64,000 bases of DNA from an uncultured Gammaproteobacteria bacterium (GCA_947259075.1 CAMYKQ010000015.1:4792-68791); one strand, 5' to 3'. Counted from the first letter of the stretch, positions 47,190 to 57,871 are shown. Numbers and translations are program-made. The notes: generated by a model not told the origin, from the sequence alone.

Positions 47190-48392
47190 ATGGACGCGTT
47201 TAAATCCGGTGGTGATGTGTTGTTTGTGTTGATGGGGGCGGTGATGGTGCTGGCCATGCACGCCGGTTTCGCCTTTTTGGAGGTGGGCACGGTGCGCAAG
47301 AAGAATCAGGTCAACGCCCTGGTGAAGATCATCGCCGACTTCGCCGTCTCGACCCTGGCGTATTTTTTCATCGGTTATGCGGTGGCCTATGGCACCTCGT
47401 TTTTGACCGGCGCGCCGACCTTGGTAGAGAAAAGCGGCTATGAGCTGGTGAAATTTTTCTTCCTGCTGACCTTCGCCGCGGCGATTCCCGCCATCATTTC
47501 CGGCGGCATCGCCGAGCGCGCCAAGTTTTATCCGCAGCTGGTGGCGACGGCGCTGTTGGTGGGGCTGGTCTATCCCTTTTTCGAAGGTATTACCTGGAAC
47601 GGTAACCTGGGTATTCAAGCCTGGCTGGAGGCGCAGTTCGGCGCCAGTTTTCATGACTTCGCCGGCTCGGTGGTGGTGCATGCCATGGGCGGCTGGCTGG
47701 GTTTGGTGGCGGTGATCCTGCTCGGCGCGCGCCATGGGCGGTATGGCAAAGACGGCGCGATGTCCGCCCACCCGCCCTCTAGCATTCCGTTTTTGGCCTT
47801 AGGCGCGTGGATACTCACGGTGGGTTGGTTCGGTTTTAACGTCATGTCGGCGCAGAGCGTGGCGGCGGTCAACGGCCTGGTCGCGATTAATTCGCTGATG
47901 GCGATGGTGGGCGGCGTGCTGGCCGCGTTGTTCGTCGGCCGCAATGACCCGGGTTTCGTGCACAACGGACCCCTGGCCGGGCTGGTGGCGGTGTGTGCCG
48001 GATCGGATTTGATGCACCCGGTGGGGGCCTTGGTGACGGGCGCGATAGCGGGGGCGCTGTTCGTTTGGACCTTCACCCTGACGCAAAACAAATGGAAGAT
48101 CGACGACGTGCTGGGCGTATGGCCTTTACACGGTCTCTGCGGCGTCTGGGGCGGCATCGCCGCGGGCATCTTCGGCATGGAGGCGCTGGGGGGCATGGGT
48201 GGTGTCAGTCTCGCCGCGCAAGTTATCGGTACGCTGCTGGGCGTGATGGTGGCGCTGGTGGGTGGCGGTGTGATCTACGGTCTATTGAGTTTGACGATGG
48301 GGCTGCGCCTCACTCAAGAAGAGGAATATCAGGGCGCCGACCTCAGCATCCACAAGATCGGCGCCGAGCCGCCGGGAAATTTGCGGAATTAA
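47190..48392 (+). CDS. amt: Ammonium transporter (Amt family)
   Basis: GFAFLEVG, AGSVVVHAMGGW and GVWPLHGLCGVWGG motifs. The start was trimmed to ATG 47190. Confidence 0.9.
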   Translation: MDAFKSGGDVLFVLMGAVMVLAMHAGFAFLEVGTVRKKNQVNALVKIIADFAVSTLAYFFIGYAVAYGTSFLTGAPTLVEKSGYELVKFFFLLTFAAAIPAIISGGIAERAKFYPQLVATALLVGLVYPFFEGITWNGNLGIQAWLEAQFGASFHDFAGSVVVHAMGGWLGLVAVILLGARHGRYGKDGAMSAHPPSSIPFLALGAWILTVGWFGFNVMSAQSVAAVNGLVAINSLMAMVGGVLAALFVGRNDPGFVHNGPLAGLVAVCAGSDLMHPVGALVTGAIAGALFVWTFTLTQNKWKIDDVLGVWPLHGLCGVWGGIAAGIFGMEALGGMGGVSLAAQVIGTLLGVMVALVGGGVIYGLLSLTMGLRLTQEEEYQGADLSIHKIGAEPPGNLRN

Positions 48393-50464
48393 GTCTCGTC
48401 TTTTTTAAAGTGACCTTGCGCCAGTAACGCCGTCATTTGCGCCGCGGGCACGGGCTTGCTGTAAAAAAAACCTTGCACATGGTGGCAGCCAAGCAGGCGC
48501 AGCAAGTCGCGCTGCGCGGCGGTCTCCACGCCCTCGGCCACCACGTTCAGGCGCAGGCCGTGGGCCATGGCGATGATGGTCGAGGTGATGGTGGCGTCGT
48601 CATCGTTGGTTTCGATATCGCGGATGAAGGAACGATCGATCTTCAGCGTGTTGACGGGAAAGCGCTTGAGATGCGCCAGTGATGAATAGCCGGTACCGAA
48701 ATCATCGATGCTGAGGTGCAATTGCAAGTCGCGCAGGCGCTGCAAGAGCGCCTGCGCTTGCCGGGTGTCCTGCATCAAGATGGCTTCGGTGAGCTCCAGT
48801 TCCAATTGTGCCGGCGCCAGTCCCGTGTTGGTCAGCGTGCGCTGAATCAAGCCGATCAAATCCGTGCGTTTGAACTCGCGGTCGGAGAGGTTCACCGCGA
48901 TCCGCACCGGCGGTAAACCTTGCGCGGTCCATGCCCGCGTCTGCGTGGCGGCGGTGTGCAGCACCCATTCGCCGATGAGCGGCATCAAGCCGGTTTCCTC
49001 CGCGAGGGGCAAAAAATCCAGCGGTGGCACTAAGCCCAGGGTGGGGTGCTGCCAGCGCACCAGCGCCTCCAGCGCCACGATGGCCTGCGTGTCGCTATCC
49101 ACTTGCGGTTGATAGTGCAGCAGCAACTCATCGCGCTCCATGGCGCGGCGCAGATCGCGCTCCAGCGCCAGGCGATTGCTGGCCTTGGCGTTCATCTCCG
49201 GCGAGTAGAGCTGATAGGCATTCTTGCCTTGCGCCTTGACGCGGTACATGGCGGTGTCGGCGTTCTTTATGAGGGTGTCGGCGTCTTGTCCGTCATTGGG
49301 ATAAATGGCGATGCCGATGCTGGTGCCGACGAATAATTCCTCGTTGTTCAATTCAAAAGGCGTAGCGAAGGCTTCGAGAATTTTGTGCGCCACGGGGGTG
49401 ATGTCATCGGTGTTGGCCACGTCGTTCAAGATGATGACGAACTCATCGCCGCCCAGTCTCGCCACGGTGTCGCCGGTACGCACGCAGCCGGTGAGGCGCG
49501 CGGCCGCCACTTTCAGTAAATGATCGCCGATATTGTGGCCGAGGGTATCGTTGATGATTTTGAAGCGGTCGAGATCGCAGAATAATACCGCCAGTATGCG
49601 GCCGCGCCACGGCGCGCGGCTCAAGGCTTGGTTGAGGCGGTCCATGAGCAGGACGCGGTTGGGCAATTGCGTGAGGGCGTCGTAGTTGGCGAGATAGCTT
49701 AGCCGCTCTTCGATTTTTTTGCGGTCGCTGATGTCGCGGAAGTATACCGAAATGCCGTCGTTGCCCGGATAGACATGCAGTTCCAGCCAAATATTTTGCG
49801 GCGCGTACAGGCCCTCGGCGGTAACCGGCACTTTTTCCTGCATGGCTTTTTCGAGGCGGTCGCGAAACCAGCCGGCTTCTTTGTTCAGCGTGGTGAAGAT
49901 TTCACTGCCGAGCAGCGCGGCGCGCGGCTTGCCGAGCAGGGTTTCCGCTTGGCTGTTGATGTAGGTGAAACGTCCCGCGCCATCCAGCGCGAAGAAGGCA
50001 TCGCTGATGCTTTCGAGGATGTCGACGATTCTTTTATTGGATTCTTGCAGCGCCAGTTCGGCGCGCAGCTGCTCAGCTTCCGCGGCATGGATGCGCAAGG
50101 CATTATTGAGGCGGTGCAATAAAATATCGGCCTTGATTTGCGCCTTGGGCAGGTAATCGGTCGCGCCCGCCCGCATCAATTCCACCGCCAATTCTTCGTT
50201 ACCCTGTCCGGTGAGCATGATGATAGGCAGAGTGACCCCGCCGGAACGCGCCGCTTTGAGCACGCTCAAGCCGTCGCCGTCGGGTAGATGGAAATCAAGA
50301 AAGGCGCAGTCGAAACCGCCGCTCTGGAGGTGTCCGATGGCGCTGGCCGCGTCGCCGGCCTCGACGATGTCGAGCGTGGCCGCCGCATTGCGCAAGGCGC
50401 GGCGCACTGACATGCGGTCCACCTCGTCGTCATCGACAAGCAGCAGACGCAGCGAGTCGTTCAT
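48389..50464 (-). CDS. Response regulator with REC-PAS-GGDEF-EAL architecture
   Basis: LLLVDDDEVD receiver, PAS, GGDEF (RLGGDEF) and EAL (EALVRW, DDFGTGYSS, KIDRSF). The start was trimmed to ATG 50464, an ATGA overlap with the upstream REC gene. Confidence 0.9.
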   Translation of the reverse strand: MNDSLRLLLVDDDEVDRMSVRRALRNAAATLDIVEAGDAASAIGHLQSGGFDCAFLDFHLPDGDGLSVLKAARSGGVTLPIIMLTGQGNEELAVELMRAGATDYLPKAQIKADILLHRLNNALRIHAAEAEQLRAELALQESNKRIVDILESISDAFFALDGAGRFTYINSQAETLLGKPRAALLGSEIFTTLNKEAGWFRDRLEKAMQEKVPVTAEGLYAPQNIWLELHVYPGNDGISVYFRDISDRKKIEERLSYLANYDALTQLPNRVLLMDRLNQALSRAPWRGRILAVLFCDLDRFKIINDTLGHNIGDHLLKVAAARLTGCVRTGDTVARLGGDEFVIILNDVANTDDITPVAHKILEAFATPFELNNEELFVGTSIGIAIYPNDGQDADTLIKNADTAMYRVKAQGKNAYQLYSPEMNAKASNRLALERDLRRAMERDELLLHYQPQVDSDTQAIVALEALVRWQHPTLGLVPPLDFLPLAEETGLMPLIGEWVLHTAATQTRAWTAQGLPPVRIAVNLSDREFKRTDLIGLIQRTLTNTGLAPAQLELELTEAILMQDTRQAQALLQRLRDLQLHLSIDDFGTGYSSLAHLKRFPVNTLKIDRSFIRDIETNDDDATITSTIIAMAHGLRLNVVAEGVETAAQRDLLRLLGCHHVQGFFYSKPVPAAQMTALLAQGHFKKDET

Positions 50465-50892
50465 GCGCCGTGGGCCATCTCGATCAATTCCCAATACATA
50501 TTGAGCGTGGACACCGCATGCACGAAGTTGTCCCATTGCACGGGTTTCAAGATGTAGCCGGCGACATTGAGATTATAGGCGGCTACCTTGTCGCGCTCTT
50601 CATTGGAGGTGGTGAGCATAATCACCGAGATCGCCTTGAGCGCCGGATCGGCGCGCAGCTCCGTGAGAAATTCAATGCCGTTCATGCGCGGCATATTGAT
50701 GTCGAGGAGGATGATCTTGGGGCGGGGTTGAATAAGCGGCATGCCCTCGCCGCGTAACATGGCCAGCGCTTCCAGGCCATCACGCGCGATGTGCAGCGGA
50801 TTGGAAATATTGACCTTCTTGAAGGCGCGCTTGACGTTCATGACGTCCACGTCATCGTCCTCCACCAGTAAGATATTCACTGATTTGTCCAT
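50461..50892 (-). CDS. Single-domain CheY-like response regulator
   Basis: ILLVEDDDVD...ILLDINMPRMNG...LKP. The start was trimmed to ATG 50892. Confidence 0.85.
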   Translation of the reverse strand: MDKSVNILLVEDDDVDVMNVKRAFKKVNISNPLHIARDGLEALAMLRGEGMPLIQPRPKIILLDINMPRMNGIEFLTELRADPALKAISVIMLTTSNEERDKVAAYNLNVAGYILKPVQWDNFVHAVSTLNMYWELIEMAHGA

Positions 50893-50894
50893 AA

Positions 50895-52784
50895 TCACTG
50901 TCCTTGCTCCTTGAGTTGTTTGGGCCAAGTGAAGCGGAAAGTGGCCCCTTTGCCTTCCTCGGATTCCAGGCGGATGGCGCCGCCCTGTTCCTCGACGATT
51001 TTTTTAACGATAGTGAGTCCGATGCCGGTGCTCTCTTTCTTGTCGCGCGCGGTCAGGGTCTGGAAGATGACGAAGATTTTTTCATGATACTGCGGCGCGA
51101 TACCCGGCCCATCGTCGCTCACGGCGAACTCGTAGTATTTGCCGGCATCTTGCACCGACACCGTGACATGACCATCGGGGCGGTCGTGATATTTGATGGC
51201 GTTACCGATGAGGTTGGAAAAGACCTGCTGCAGCCGCACCCGCGCCGTGGTGAAGATCGGCATGCCGTCTTGAATGGTGATGTTGAATCCCTCGGGTTTG
51301 GCCAGCGAGTCGATGATTTCATGCAGCATGCTTGCGGTATCCACGCTGCTGATATCGACCTGGGTGCGGCCTACGCGCGAATATTGCAGGATGCCGTCGA
51401 TGAGCGCCTCCATGCGATGCACGCGGCCGCGCATCGTGTCGAAGTGTTCGCGCACCTCGCCCTTCAGCGCGTCACCAGCGTCTTCTTCTATCCATTGAGA
51501 TAGATTGGCGATGGCGCGCAGCGGTGCTTTGAGGTCGTGTGAGGTGACGTAGGCGAATTGATCCAGTTCCTTGTTGGAGCGTTCCAGTTCCTGAGTTTTC
51601 TCTATTAGCACCTCGCGGGCCCGGTTGCGTTGGGTCACGTCTTGCGCCACCAGCACCAGGCCGCAATTGGGTGGCGCCGCAAGGCCGAGGCGCGCGGCCG
51701 AGATCGACACTTCAATATCGCCCCCGTCCTTGGTGAGTAAACGGCTTTCCACGCCGCTCATGCTGTCTTGCGTGGCGAGCGCCGCCTGCACTTTCTTTAT
51801 CAAGCGGGGGTCGTCCACCAAACGGCCGAACGGCTGGCCTATCAGTTCATGGGCTTGATGGCCGAACATGGTGCAAGCAATGGTGTTGACGCGCATGATG
51901 TTGTGCGCGCTATCCAGCACGAACAGCGCGTCGGGGACGGATTTCAAGATATTGTCGACATGCTCCTTGGAAACGGTGGTGCGCGCGAGCCGCTCGGCCA
52001 TATTGTTGAACTCAGCGGCCAGGGCGCCGATCTCGTCGCGGCTGTCGATGCTTGCGCGCGCGCTGAAATCACCGGTGCCCAGCGTCGCGGCGGTGGCCGC
52101 CAGACGCCGCACCGGCGTGGATAGGGAGCGGGCGATGAATAGCCCGGCGAAGAGCGCGAGGGTGAAGACGAGGGTCCCGGCGGCGGTAAGGGTTCGGCCA
52201 GCAGCGATGATGGCGTCTTCGACCTTTTTATTGTTCTCCAGCAGTTCGCGGCGCTCGTGATCCAAGGCATCGTCCAGGGCCAGGACGATTTCTTCCTCAT
52301 GTTTTTCTAGTTTCTCGTTGAATTCGAGAATGTCTTTTTCGGCCGCGCCCGCTTTGACCATCGCCAATAATTCATTGGCGGTGTTGTGCAGGTCAAGGGC
52401 GCTCCTGGCGATGTCATCCACGAGGCCGATTTCATCGGGGAAATTGGTTTGCACCAGTTTGCGGTAGTGCTCCAGGGCATAGTTGAAGGGCTCCAGGCCG
52501 GTCTTCTGTAATTCGTGTAACTCGTTGTCGAATTCATCGCGGACGTCGATGCCGTGACGTTTGAAGCCGACATCAAGTAAGGCGATCTGGGTCGAGGCGT
52601 TGATGATGCGCATGGCGTAGTAGCGCATATCCTGTAGCAGCATGGCGGCGCGCAGGGAGTGGCCGGCCACGATTTCGTAAGTCGCGCTGATGTTCTTGTT
52701 GGCGCGCATGCCGGCAAGGCCAACCACCACCACGAGACTGGCAATGGCGGTGAAGGACAGTATTAATTTGCTTCTGATCTTCAT
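50895..52784 (-). CDS. Sensor histidine kinase (helical sensor-HAMP-PAS-HisKA-HATPase)
   Basis: TM, helical extracytoplasmic domain, TM, HAMP, PAS, H-box YVTSHDLKAPLRAI and NLIGNAIKY/DDGPGI. The start was trimmed to ATG 52784. It is separated from the REC gene by 2 nt. Confidence 0.85.
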   Translation of the reverse strand: MKIRSKLILSFTAIASLVVVVGLAGMRANKNISATYEIVAGHSLRAAMLLQDMRYYAMRIINASTQIALLDVGFKRHGIDVRDEFDNELHELQKTGLEPFNYALEHYRKLVQTNFPDEIGLVDDIARSALDLHNTANELLAMVKAGAAEKDILEFNEKLEKHEEEIVLALDDALDHERRELLENNKKVEDAIIAAGRTLTAAGTLVFTLALFAGLFIARSLSTPVRRLAATAATLGTGDFSARASIDSRDEIGALAAEFNNMAERLARTTVSKEHVDNILKSVPDALFVLDSAHNIMRVNTIACTMFGHQAHELIGQPFGRLVDDPRLIKKVQAALATQDSMSGVESRLLTKDGGDIEVSISAARLGLAAPPNCGLVLVAQDVTQRNRAREVLIEKTQELERSNKELDQFAYVTSHDLKAPLRAIANLSQWIEEDAGDALKGEVREHFDTMRGRVHRMEALIDGILQYSRVGRTQVDISSVDTASMLHEIIDSLAKPEGFNITIQDGMPIFTTARVRLQQVFSNLIGNAIKYHDRPDGHVTVSVQDAGKYYEFAVSDDGPGIAPQYHEKIFVIFQTLTARDKKESTGIGLTIVKKIVEEQGGAIRLESEEGKGATFRFTWPKQLKEQGQ

Positions 52785-52945
52785 CCTGAAGTACCCGGCC
52801 GGTAACAAATGCGGCGGTGCCGATACCAGTAATTCGGCCGCGCGGCACGAAGGTTTAGCGGGATGCCGCGGTTGCATTAAGTAAATACGGGGTGTTTGCC
52901 GATCTAGGGCTTGACGCAGAAGCGTCTCAGACGGGTGAGGAGTGA

Positions 52946-53658
52946 GTGATGTTGCGGCAGGTGCGGCTGGCGTTGTTGGCGGCGGTGATGACGTGCGGAC
53001 CCGCGGTGGTTGCGGCGGACGAGTTGACCATCGTCGGTAGCGGCGATGGCGTGATCGTATTGGAGGCCGTGGCGGCGGATGAGTATCATTTGGGTCGCGT
53101 GGGGTGGCCGCCCAAGCCCGACGAACAGCAAGCTGGGCTAAGCTATATCCCTTATGCGATCGTTCCGCTGGCGTTCGTGGTACATAAGAGCGCGGGCATC
53201 AACGCCCTCAGCAGCTGCGCGTGATTTATAGCGGCGAGGTGGAGAATTGGAAGGCGTTCGGCGGTAAGGATATGCTGATCCGCGCGGTGATGCGTGAGCC
53301 GGGTGACAGCACCTTGAGCGTGCTGGAAAAGAATTCCCCTGTCTTTAAAGGTATCACCTGCTCCGACAAGCTCACCATGGCATTCAGCACCCCCGAGACC
53401 TTCAAGTTGCTCAGTACCCGCAAGGGGGCGGTGGGTTATGGCGCCTATGACGTGGCTACGAGTTATGCCGATGACGTGGTGGCCTTGCGCGTGGACGGCA
53501 AGTTACCCAGCAACGCCGGTTATCCGCTGCCGCAGACGGTGGGCCTGGTCTTCAAGGAGGAAAACCGCAAGGCTTGGGTGCGGGACTTCGTCGAGTTCGC
53601 CACCTCGCCGGCGGCTCACGCCGTCATTGTCAAGGCGGGCGGCATTCCGCTTCAATAA
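52946..53658 (+). pseudogene. PstS-like periplasmic binding protein split by a frameshift
   Basis: Two ORFs (52946-53224 and 53221-53658) join into one PBP-like sequence: ...KSAGINAL(S) // QQLRVIYSGEVENWKAFGG... The downstream frame is open from 53188. The N-terminal half also looks about 30 aa short. Confidence 0.55.
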
Positions 53659-53674
53659 GTTAAGGAGCAAGAGG

Positions 53675-53706
53675 GGGCGCGGCTCGCGGCCACGCGCCCT
53701 TTTTTA
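53675..53706 (+). terminator. Intrinsic terminator
   Basis: GGGCGCG-N11-CGCGCCC followed by TTTTTTATT. Confidence 0.75.
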
Positions 53707-53784
53707 TTGGGGGCGTCTGCGGCCGGCATGGAAATCGCGGGCCGTTCGTAGTAAGTTATCAGCCCTTTTCATCCGCGTGTTTTC

Positions 53785-55149
53785 ATGGCCAAGACGCTCT
53801 ACATCAAAACCTTTGGTTGCCAAATGAACGAGTACGATTCCGCCAAAATGGTGGATGTGCTCGCGGCCTCGCACGGCCTCACGCTGGCGGCGGCGCCGGA
53901 AGAGGCGGACGTGCTGCTGCTCAATACCTGCTCGATACGCGAGAAGGCGGAGGAAAAGGTGTTCTCGCTGCTGGGCCGGTGGCGGGAAATGAAGGAGCTC
54001 CGGCCGGGCATGGTGATCGGCGTCGGCGGCTGCGTCGCCAGCCAAGAGGGCGAGAATATCCGCCGCCGCGCGCCTTTTGTGGATATGGTATTTGGCCCGC
54101 AGACCTTGCACCGTCTGCCGCAGATGCTGGAACAAGTAGTGAGCGAGCGCCGCCCGGCGGTGGACATCAGTTTCCCCGAAATCGAGAAGTTCGATCATCT
54201 GCCCGCGCCACGCGCCGACGGGCCCACCGCCTTTGTCTCGATCATGGAAGGCTGTAGCAAGTACTGTACCTTCTGCGTGGTTCCCTACACCCGCGGCGAG
54301 GAAGTGAGCCGGCCCTTCGATGATGTGATCGCCGAGGTCGCGGCGCTGGCGGACAAAGGGGTGAGCGATGTCACCTTGCTCGGACAAAACGTCAACGCCT
54401 TCCGCGGGCCGATGCACGACGGCAACGAGGCGGACTTGGCGCTGCTCATCAACTACATCGCCGCGATCGAGGGCATAGCGCGTATTCGCTTTACGACCTC
54501 CCATCCGGTGGAGTTTTCCGAGCGCTTGATTCAAGCCTATGCCGAGGTGCCGCAATTGGTGAGTCAGTTGCATCTGCCGGTGCAGAGCGGTTCGGACCGC
54601 ATTCTGTCGGCGATGAAACGCGGCCACACCGTCCTCGAATACAAGGCCAAGATCCGCAAGCTGCGGGCGCTGCGGCCGGATTTATCACTGTCATCTGATT
54701 TCATCATCGGCTTCCCCGGCGAGACCGAGGCCGATTTTCAGGCGACGATGGACCTGATCGAAGAGATCGGTTTCGATAACGCCTTCAGCTTTATTTACAG
54801 CCCCCGTCCCGGGACCCCGGCGGCCAACTTTCCCGACGACGTGCCCATGGAAGTCAAAAAGCATCGTCTCGCGATTCTGCAGCGGCGCATCCGCGAGATG
54901 ACCGACGCCATCAGCCAGGCCATGGTCGGCACGGTGCAGCGGGTGCTGGTGGAAGGGCCGTCCCGCAAAAACCCCGACGAACTGTGCGGCCGCACCGAGA
55001 ATAACCGGGTAGTGAACTTCGCCGGCGACCCCGCTTGGGCGGGCCAGTTTGTCGAGCTGCGCATCACCCAGGCCCAGCCTAATTCCTTGCGCGGAGAAGG
55101 GCTTGGCGGGCGCGACGCCCGCGCCGGGGAGCGCGTGGCCCATGCATGA
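53785..55149 (+). CDS. miaB: tRNA-i6A37 methylthiotransferase
   Basis: [15 protein letters not shown], the radical-SAM CSKYCTFC motif, and a TRAM C-terminus. Confidence 0.95.
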   Translation: MAKTLYIKTFGCQMNEYDSAKMVDVLAASHGLTLAAAPEEADVLLLNTCSIREKAEEKVFSLLGRWREMKELRPGMVIGVGGCVASQEGENIRRRAPFVDMVFGPQTLHRLPQMLEQVVSERRPAVDISFPEIEKFDHLPAPRADGPTAFVSIMEGCSKYCTFCVVPYTRGEEVSRPFDDVIAEVAALADKGVSDVTLLGQNVNAFRGPMHDGNEADLALLINYIAAIEGIARIRFTTSHPVEFSERLIQAYAEVPQLVSQLHLPVQSGSDRILSAMKRGHTVLEYKAKIRKLRALRPDLSLSSDFIIGFPGETEADFQATMDLIEEIGFDNAFSFIYSPRPGTPAANFPDDVPMEVKKHRLAILQRRIREMTDAISQAMVGTVQRVLVEGPSRKNPDELCGRTENNRVVNFAGDPAWAGQFVELRITQAQPNSLRGEGLGGRDARAGERVAHA

Positions 55150-55233
55150 GGCGGCACACCGCCCGCGGCCGGCGTTGCGCCGGAACCGGTTTTCGACTAT
55201 CTTAACGCTTAAGTCACTATTTCTATTTCAAAT

Positions 55234-56232
55234 TTGAACGTTCACGCCGACTCCGTCGATTTCACCCTCGAACCCGCTGATAACGAGCGCCTGGCCAATT
55301 TGTGTGGGCAGTTCGACGAACACCTGCGCCAAGTGGAAGGCCGTCTCGGCGTCGAAGTCAGCAATCGCGGCAATCGCTTTCGCGTTATCGGTGATGCCGG
55401 TTCGGCGCGTGCGGCGGGCAAGCTGTTGCAAGATCTCTACTCTGAAACCGCCAAGACCCGCTTGACCCCGGCGCGGGTGCATTTGGCCTTGCAGCATGCC
55501 GGTGCCGAGCGGCCCCCGGTGCGCCTGGTCGAGAATAGAACCGAGTCCACGGGAATCAGCACCCGCCGCGGCACGGTCACGGGGCGCGGCCTCAATCAGC
55601 AGCGTTATTTGGACAGCATCGCCAAGCATGACATCAGCTTCGGCGTCGGGCCGGCCGGCACGGGTAAAACCTATCTCGCCGTGGCCTGCGCGGTGCAGGC
55701 CTTGGAGCGCGATGAGGTGAGCCGTTTGGTGCTCACCCGCCCGGCGGTCGAGGCCGGTGAGCGCCTGGGTTTTCTGCCCGGCGACTTGATTCAAAAGATC
55801 GATCCCTATTTGCGCCCGCTGTATGACGCGCTGTACGAGATGCTGGGCTTCGAACGCGTCGCCAAATTAATGGAGCGCCACGTCATCGAGATCGCGCCGC
55901 TGGCCTATATGCGCGGCCGCACCCTCAACGACGCCTTCATTATTTTGGACGAGGCGCAGAACACCACCATCGAACAGATGAAGATGTTTTTGACGCGCAT
56001 CGGTTTCGGCTCCAAGGCGGTGATCACCGGCGACGTCACCCAAATCGATTTGCCGCGCGGCCGTCCCTCCGGTCTGCGTCACGTGGTGGAGGTGCTGAAA
56101 GACGTCGAGGGTATCGACTTCACCTTTTTCAAAGCCGCCGATGTGGTGCGCCATCCGCTGGTGCAGAGTATCGTCACCGCTTATGAGGCTTTTGAACGCG
56201 ACGCCGAGACGGACGGGGAGCGCAAGCCATGA
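55234..56232 (+). CDS. ybeZ: PhoH-like ATPase
   Basis: TTG start. Walker A GPAGTGKTYLA and ILDEAQN. Conserved position between miaB and ybeY. Confidence 0.9.
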   Translation: MNVHADSVDFTLEPADNERLANLCGQFDEHLRQVEGRLGVEVSNRGNRFRVIGDAGSARAAGKLLQDLYSETAKTRLTPARVHLALQHAGAERPPVRLVENRTESTGISTRRGTVTGRGLNQQRYLDSIAKHDISFGVGPAGTGKTYLAVACAVQALERDEVSRLVLTRPAVEAGERLGFLPGDLIQKIDPYLRPLYDALYEMLGFERVAKLMERHVIEIAPLAYMRGRTLNDAFIILDEAQNTTIEQMKMFLTRIGFGSKAVITGDVTQIDLPRGRPSGLRHVVEVLKDVEGIDFTFFKAADVVRHPLVQSIVTAYEAFERDAETDGERKP

Positions 56233-56717
56233 ACCTCGTGGTCGATGTGCAATACGCCCTCGATGACGCCGCGGAGGAGGACCCGAGCCTTCCCACGCCC
56301 GCGCAATTCGAGGCATGGGTGGCGGCGGCCCTCGCCGGGCGGCGCGACGCGGCCGAGCTGAGCGTCCGCGTGGTGGAGGAGGCCGAGGGCGCCGAGCTCA
56401 ATCACACCTACCGCCACCGTGCCGGCCCCACCAATGTCTTGTCCTTTCCCTGCGACAGTCCCGCGGATTTTGAGATTCCTTTATTGGGCGACATCGTGAT
56501 TTGCGCGCCGGTGGTGGCGCGCGAGGCCCGCGCACAGAATAAAACCATACTGGCCCACTGGGCGCATTTGACGGTACACGGCAGCCTGCACTTGCTGGGG
56601 TATGATCACGAAACGCCCGTCGAGGCGGAGGCGATGGAAGCGCTCGAGACGGACATTCTCGCCGGGCTGGGGATCGCCGATCCCTATGCGGCCGAGCGCG
56701 CCGCGGCCGAGGCTTGA
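56229..56717 (+). CDS. ybeY: rRNA maturation endoribonuclease YbeY
   Basis: HGSLHLLGYDH zinc motif. 4-nt overlap with ybeZ. Confidence 0.92.
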   Translation: MNLVVDVQYALDDAAEEDPSLPTPAQFEAWVAAALAGRRDAAELSVRVVEEAEGAELNHTYRHRAGPTNVLSFPCDSPADFEIPLLGDIVICAPVVAREARAQNKTILAHWAHLTVHGSLHLLGYDHETPVEAEAMEALETDILAGLGIADPYAAERAAAEA

Positions 56718-56776
56718 ACCGGGACTTTGATTTTAACTAGCATGTGTTGAGCCGCTGAACAGTGATGTGGGGATTT

Positions 56777-57652
56777 ATGACTGACGAACGCACGAGTAAC
56801 AACGCCGCTTCGCGCTCTTGGTTTGAGCGTTTGAGCCTCGCCCTCTTGGGCGAGCCCAAGGACCGTGAACAGCTGGTGTCCTTGTTGCGTGATGCCCAGC
56901 AGCGCGATCTGCTCGACCCCGATGCCTTGGGGATGATCGAAGGCGTGTTGCAGGTGTCGGAAATGCAAGTGCGCGATATCATGGTGCCGCGCGCGCAGAT
57001 GGTCACCGTCGAGCGCGATGCCTCCTTGCGCAGCATACTTCCCGTGGTGACCGAGTCGGCGCATTCGCGTTTTCCCGTCGTCGGCGACAGCCGCGACGAA
57101 GTCGTGGGTATTTTTCTCGCGAAGGATTTGCTGACGTACTTCGGCCCCGAGGGCGACAAGAACTTCAATGTGCGCGACATCCTGCGTCCCGCGGCCTTTA
57201 TCCCCGAAAGTAAACGGCTCAATGTGTTGTTGAAGGAATTCCGCGCCAGCCGCAACCACATGGCCATCGTCGTGGATGAATACGGCGGCGTCGCCGGGCT
57301 GGTGACCATCGAGGACGTGCTGGAGCAAATCGTCGGCGAGATCGTCGATGAGCACGATATCGAGGAAGACCTTTATATCAAGCGCCACAACGACAATGTC
57401 TTCGCCGTGAAGGCGCTCACCCCCGTCGATGAATTCAACGACTATTTCCACAGCAAGCTCAATGACGACGAATTCGACACCGTCGGCGGTCTGGTCATGC
57501 AGCGTTTCGGCCGTTTGCCGCGGCGCGGCGAAGTCATCACCCTCGACCGTTTCCGTTTCAAGGTGCTCAACGCCGACAGCCGCCGCATCCATCTATTGCA
57601 AGTCACCGAGCGCCGTAGTCACGGCGCCTCGCCCGCGCAGCTCGAGTCTTGA
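56777..57652 (+). CDS. corC: CorC/HlyC-family CBS-domain Mg2+/Co2+ efflux protein
   Basis: Tandem CBS domains plus the CorC_HlyC C-terminus. The N-terminus aligns with E. coli CorC (LLGEPKDREQL). Confidence 0.9.
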   Translation: MTDERTSNNAASRSWFERLSLALLGEPKDREQLVSLLRDAQQRDLLDPDALGMIEGVLQVSEMQVRDIMVPRAQMVTVERDASLRSILPVVTESAHSRFPVVGDSRDEVVGIFLAKDLLTYFGPEGDKNFNVRDILRPAAFIPESKRLNVLLKEFRASRNHMAIVVDEYGGVAGLVTIEDVLEQIVGEIVDEHDIEEDLYIKRHNDNVFAVKALTPVDEFNDYFHSKLNDDEFDTVGGLVMQRFGRLPRRGEVITLDRFRFKVLNADSRRIHLLQVTERRSHGASPAQLES

Positions 57653-57871
57653 ATTAGGGGCGTGACGCGGCGCCATGCTCAAGTGCGCGATCAGATGCGC
57701 GCGTTAATCGCGGTGTTCAATTCATGCGCGTGTCCCCGGAGAAAGGGATTTGAATGAAAATAATTCATCCGTGTTTGCTTTTCCGTTTGGCGGACGCAAC
57801 GCTATCCGTTCAGGCGTGCTGCGCGGCTAAGTCCACCGTTCGTCCCCCTCTTTTTTGAAAGAACCCTCGCC

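Noticed and set aside
53704-54627. 307-aa minus-strand ORF
   Set aside because: It is antisense to miaB, which is unambiguous.
56684-57592. 302-aa minus-strand ORF
   Set aside because: It is antisense to corC and has no recognisable domain.
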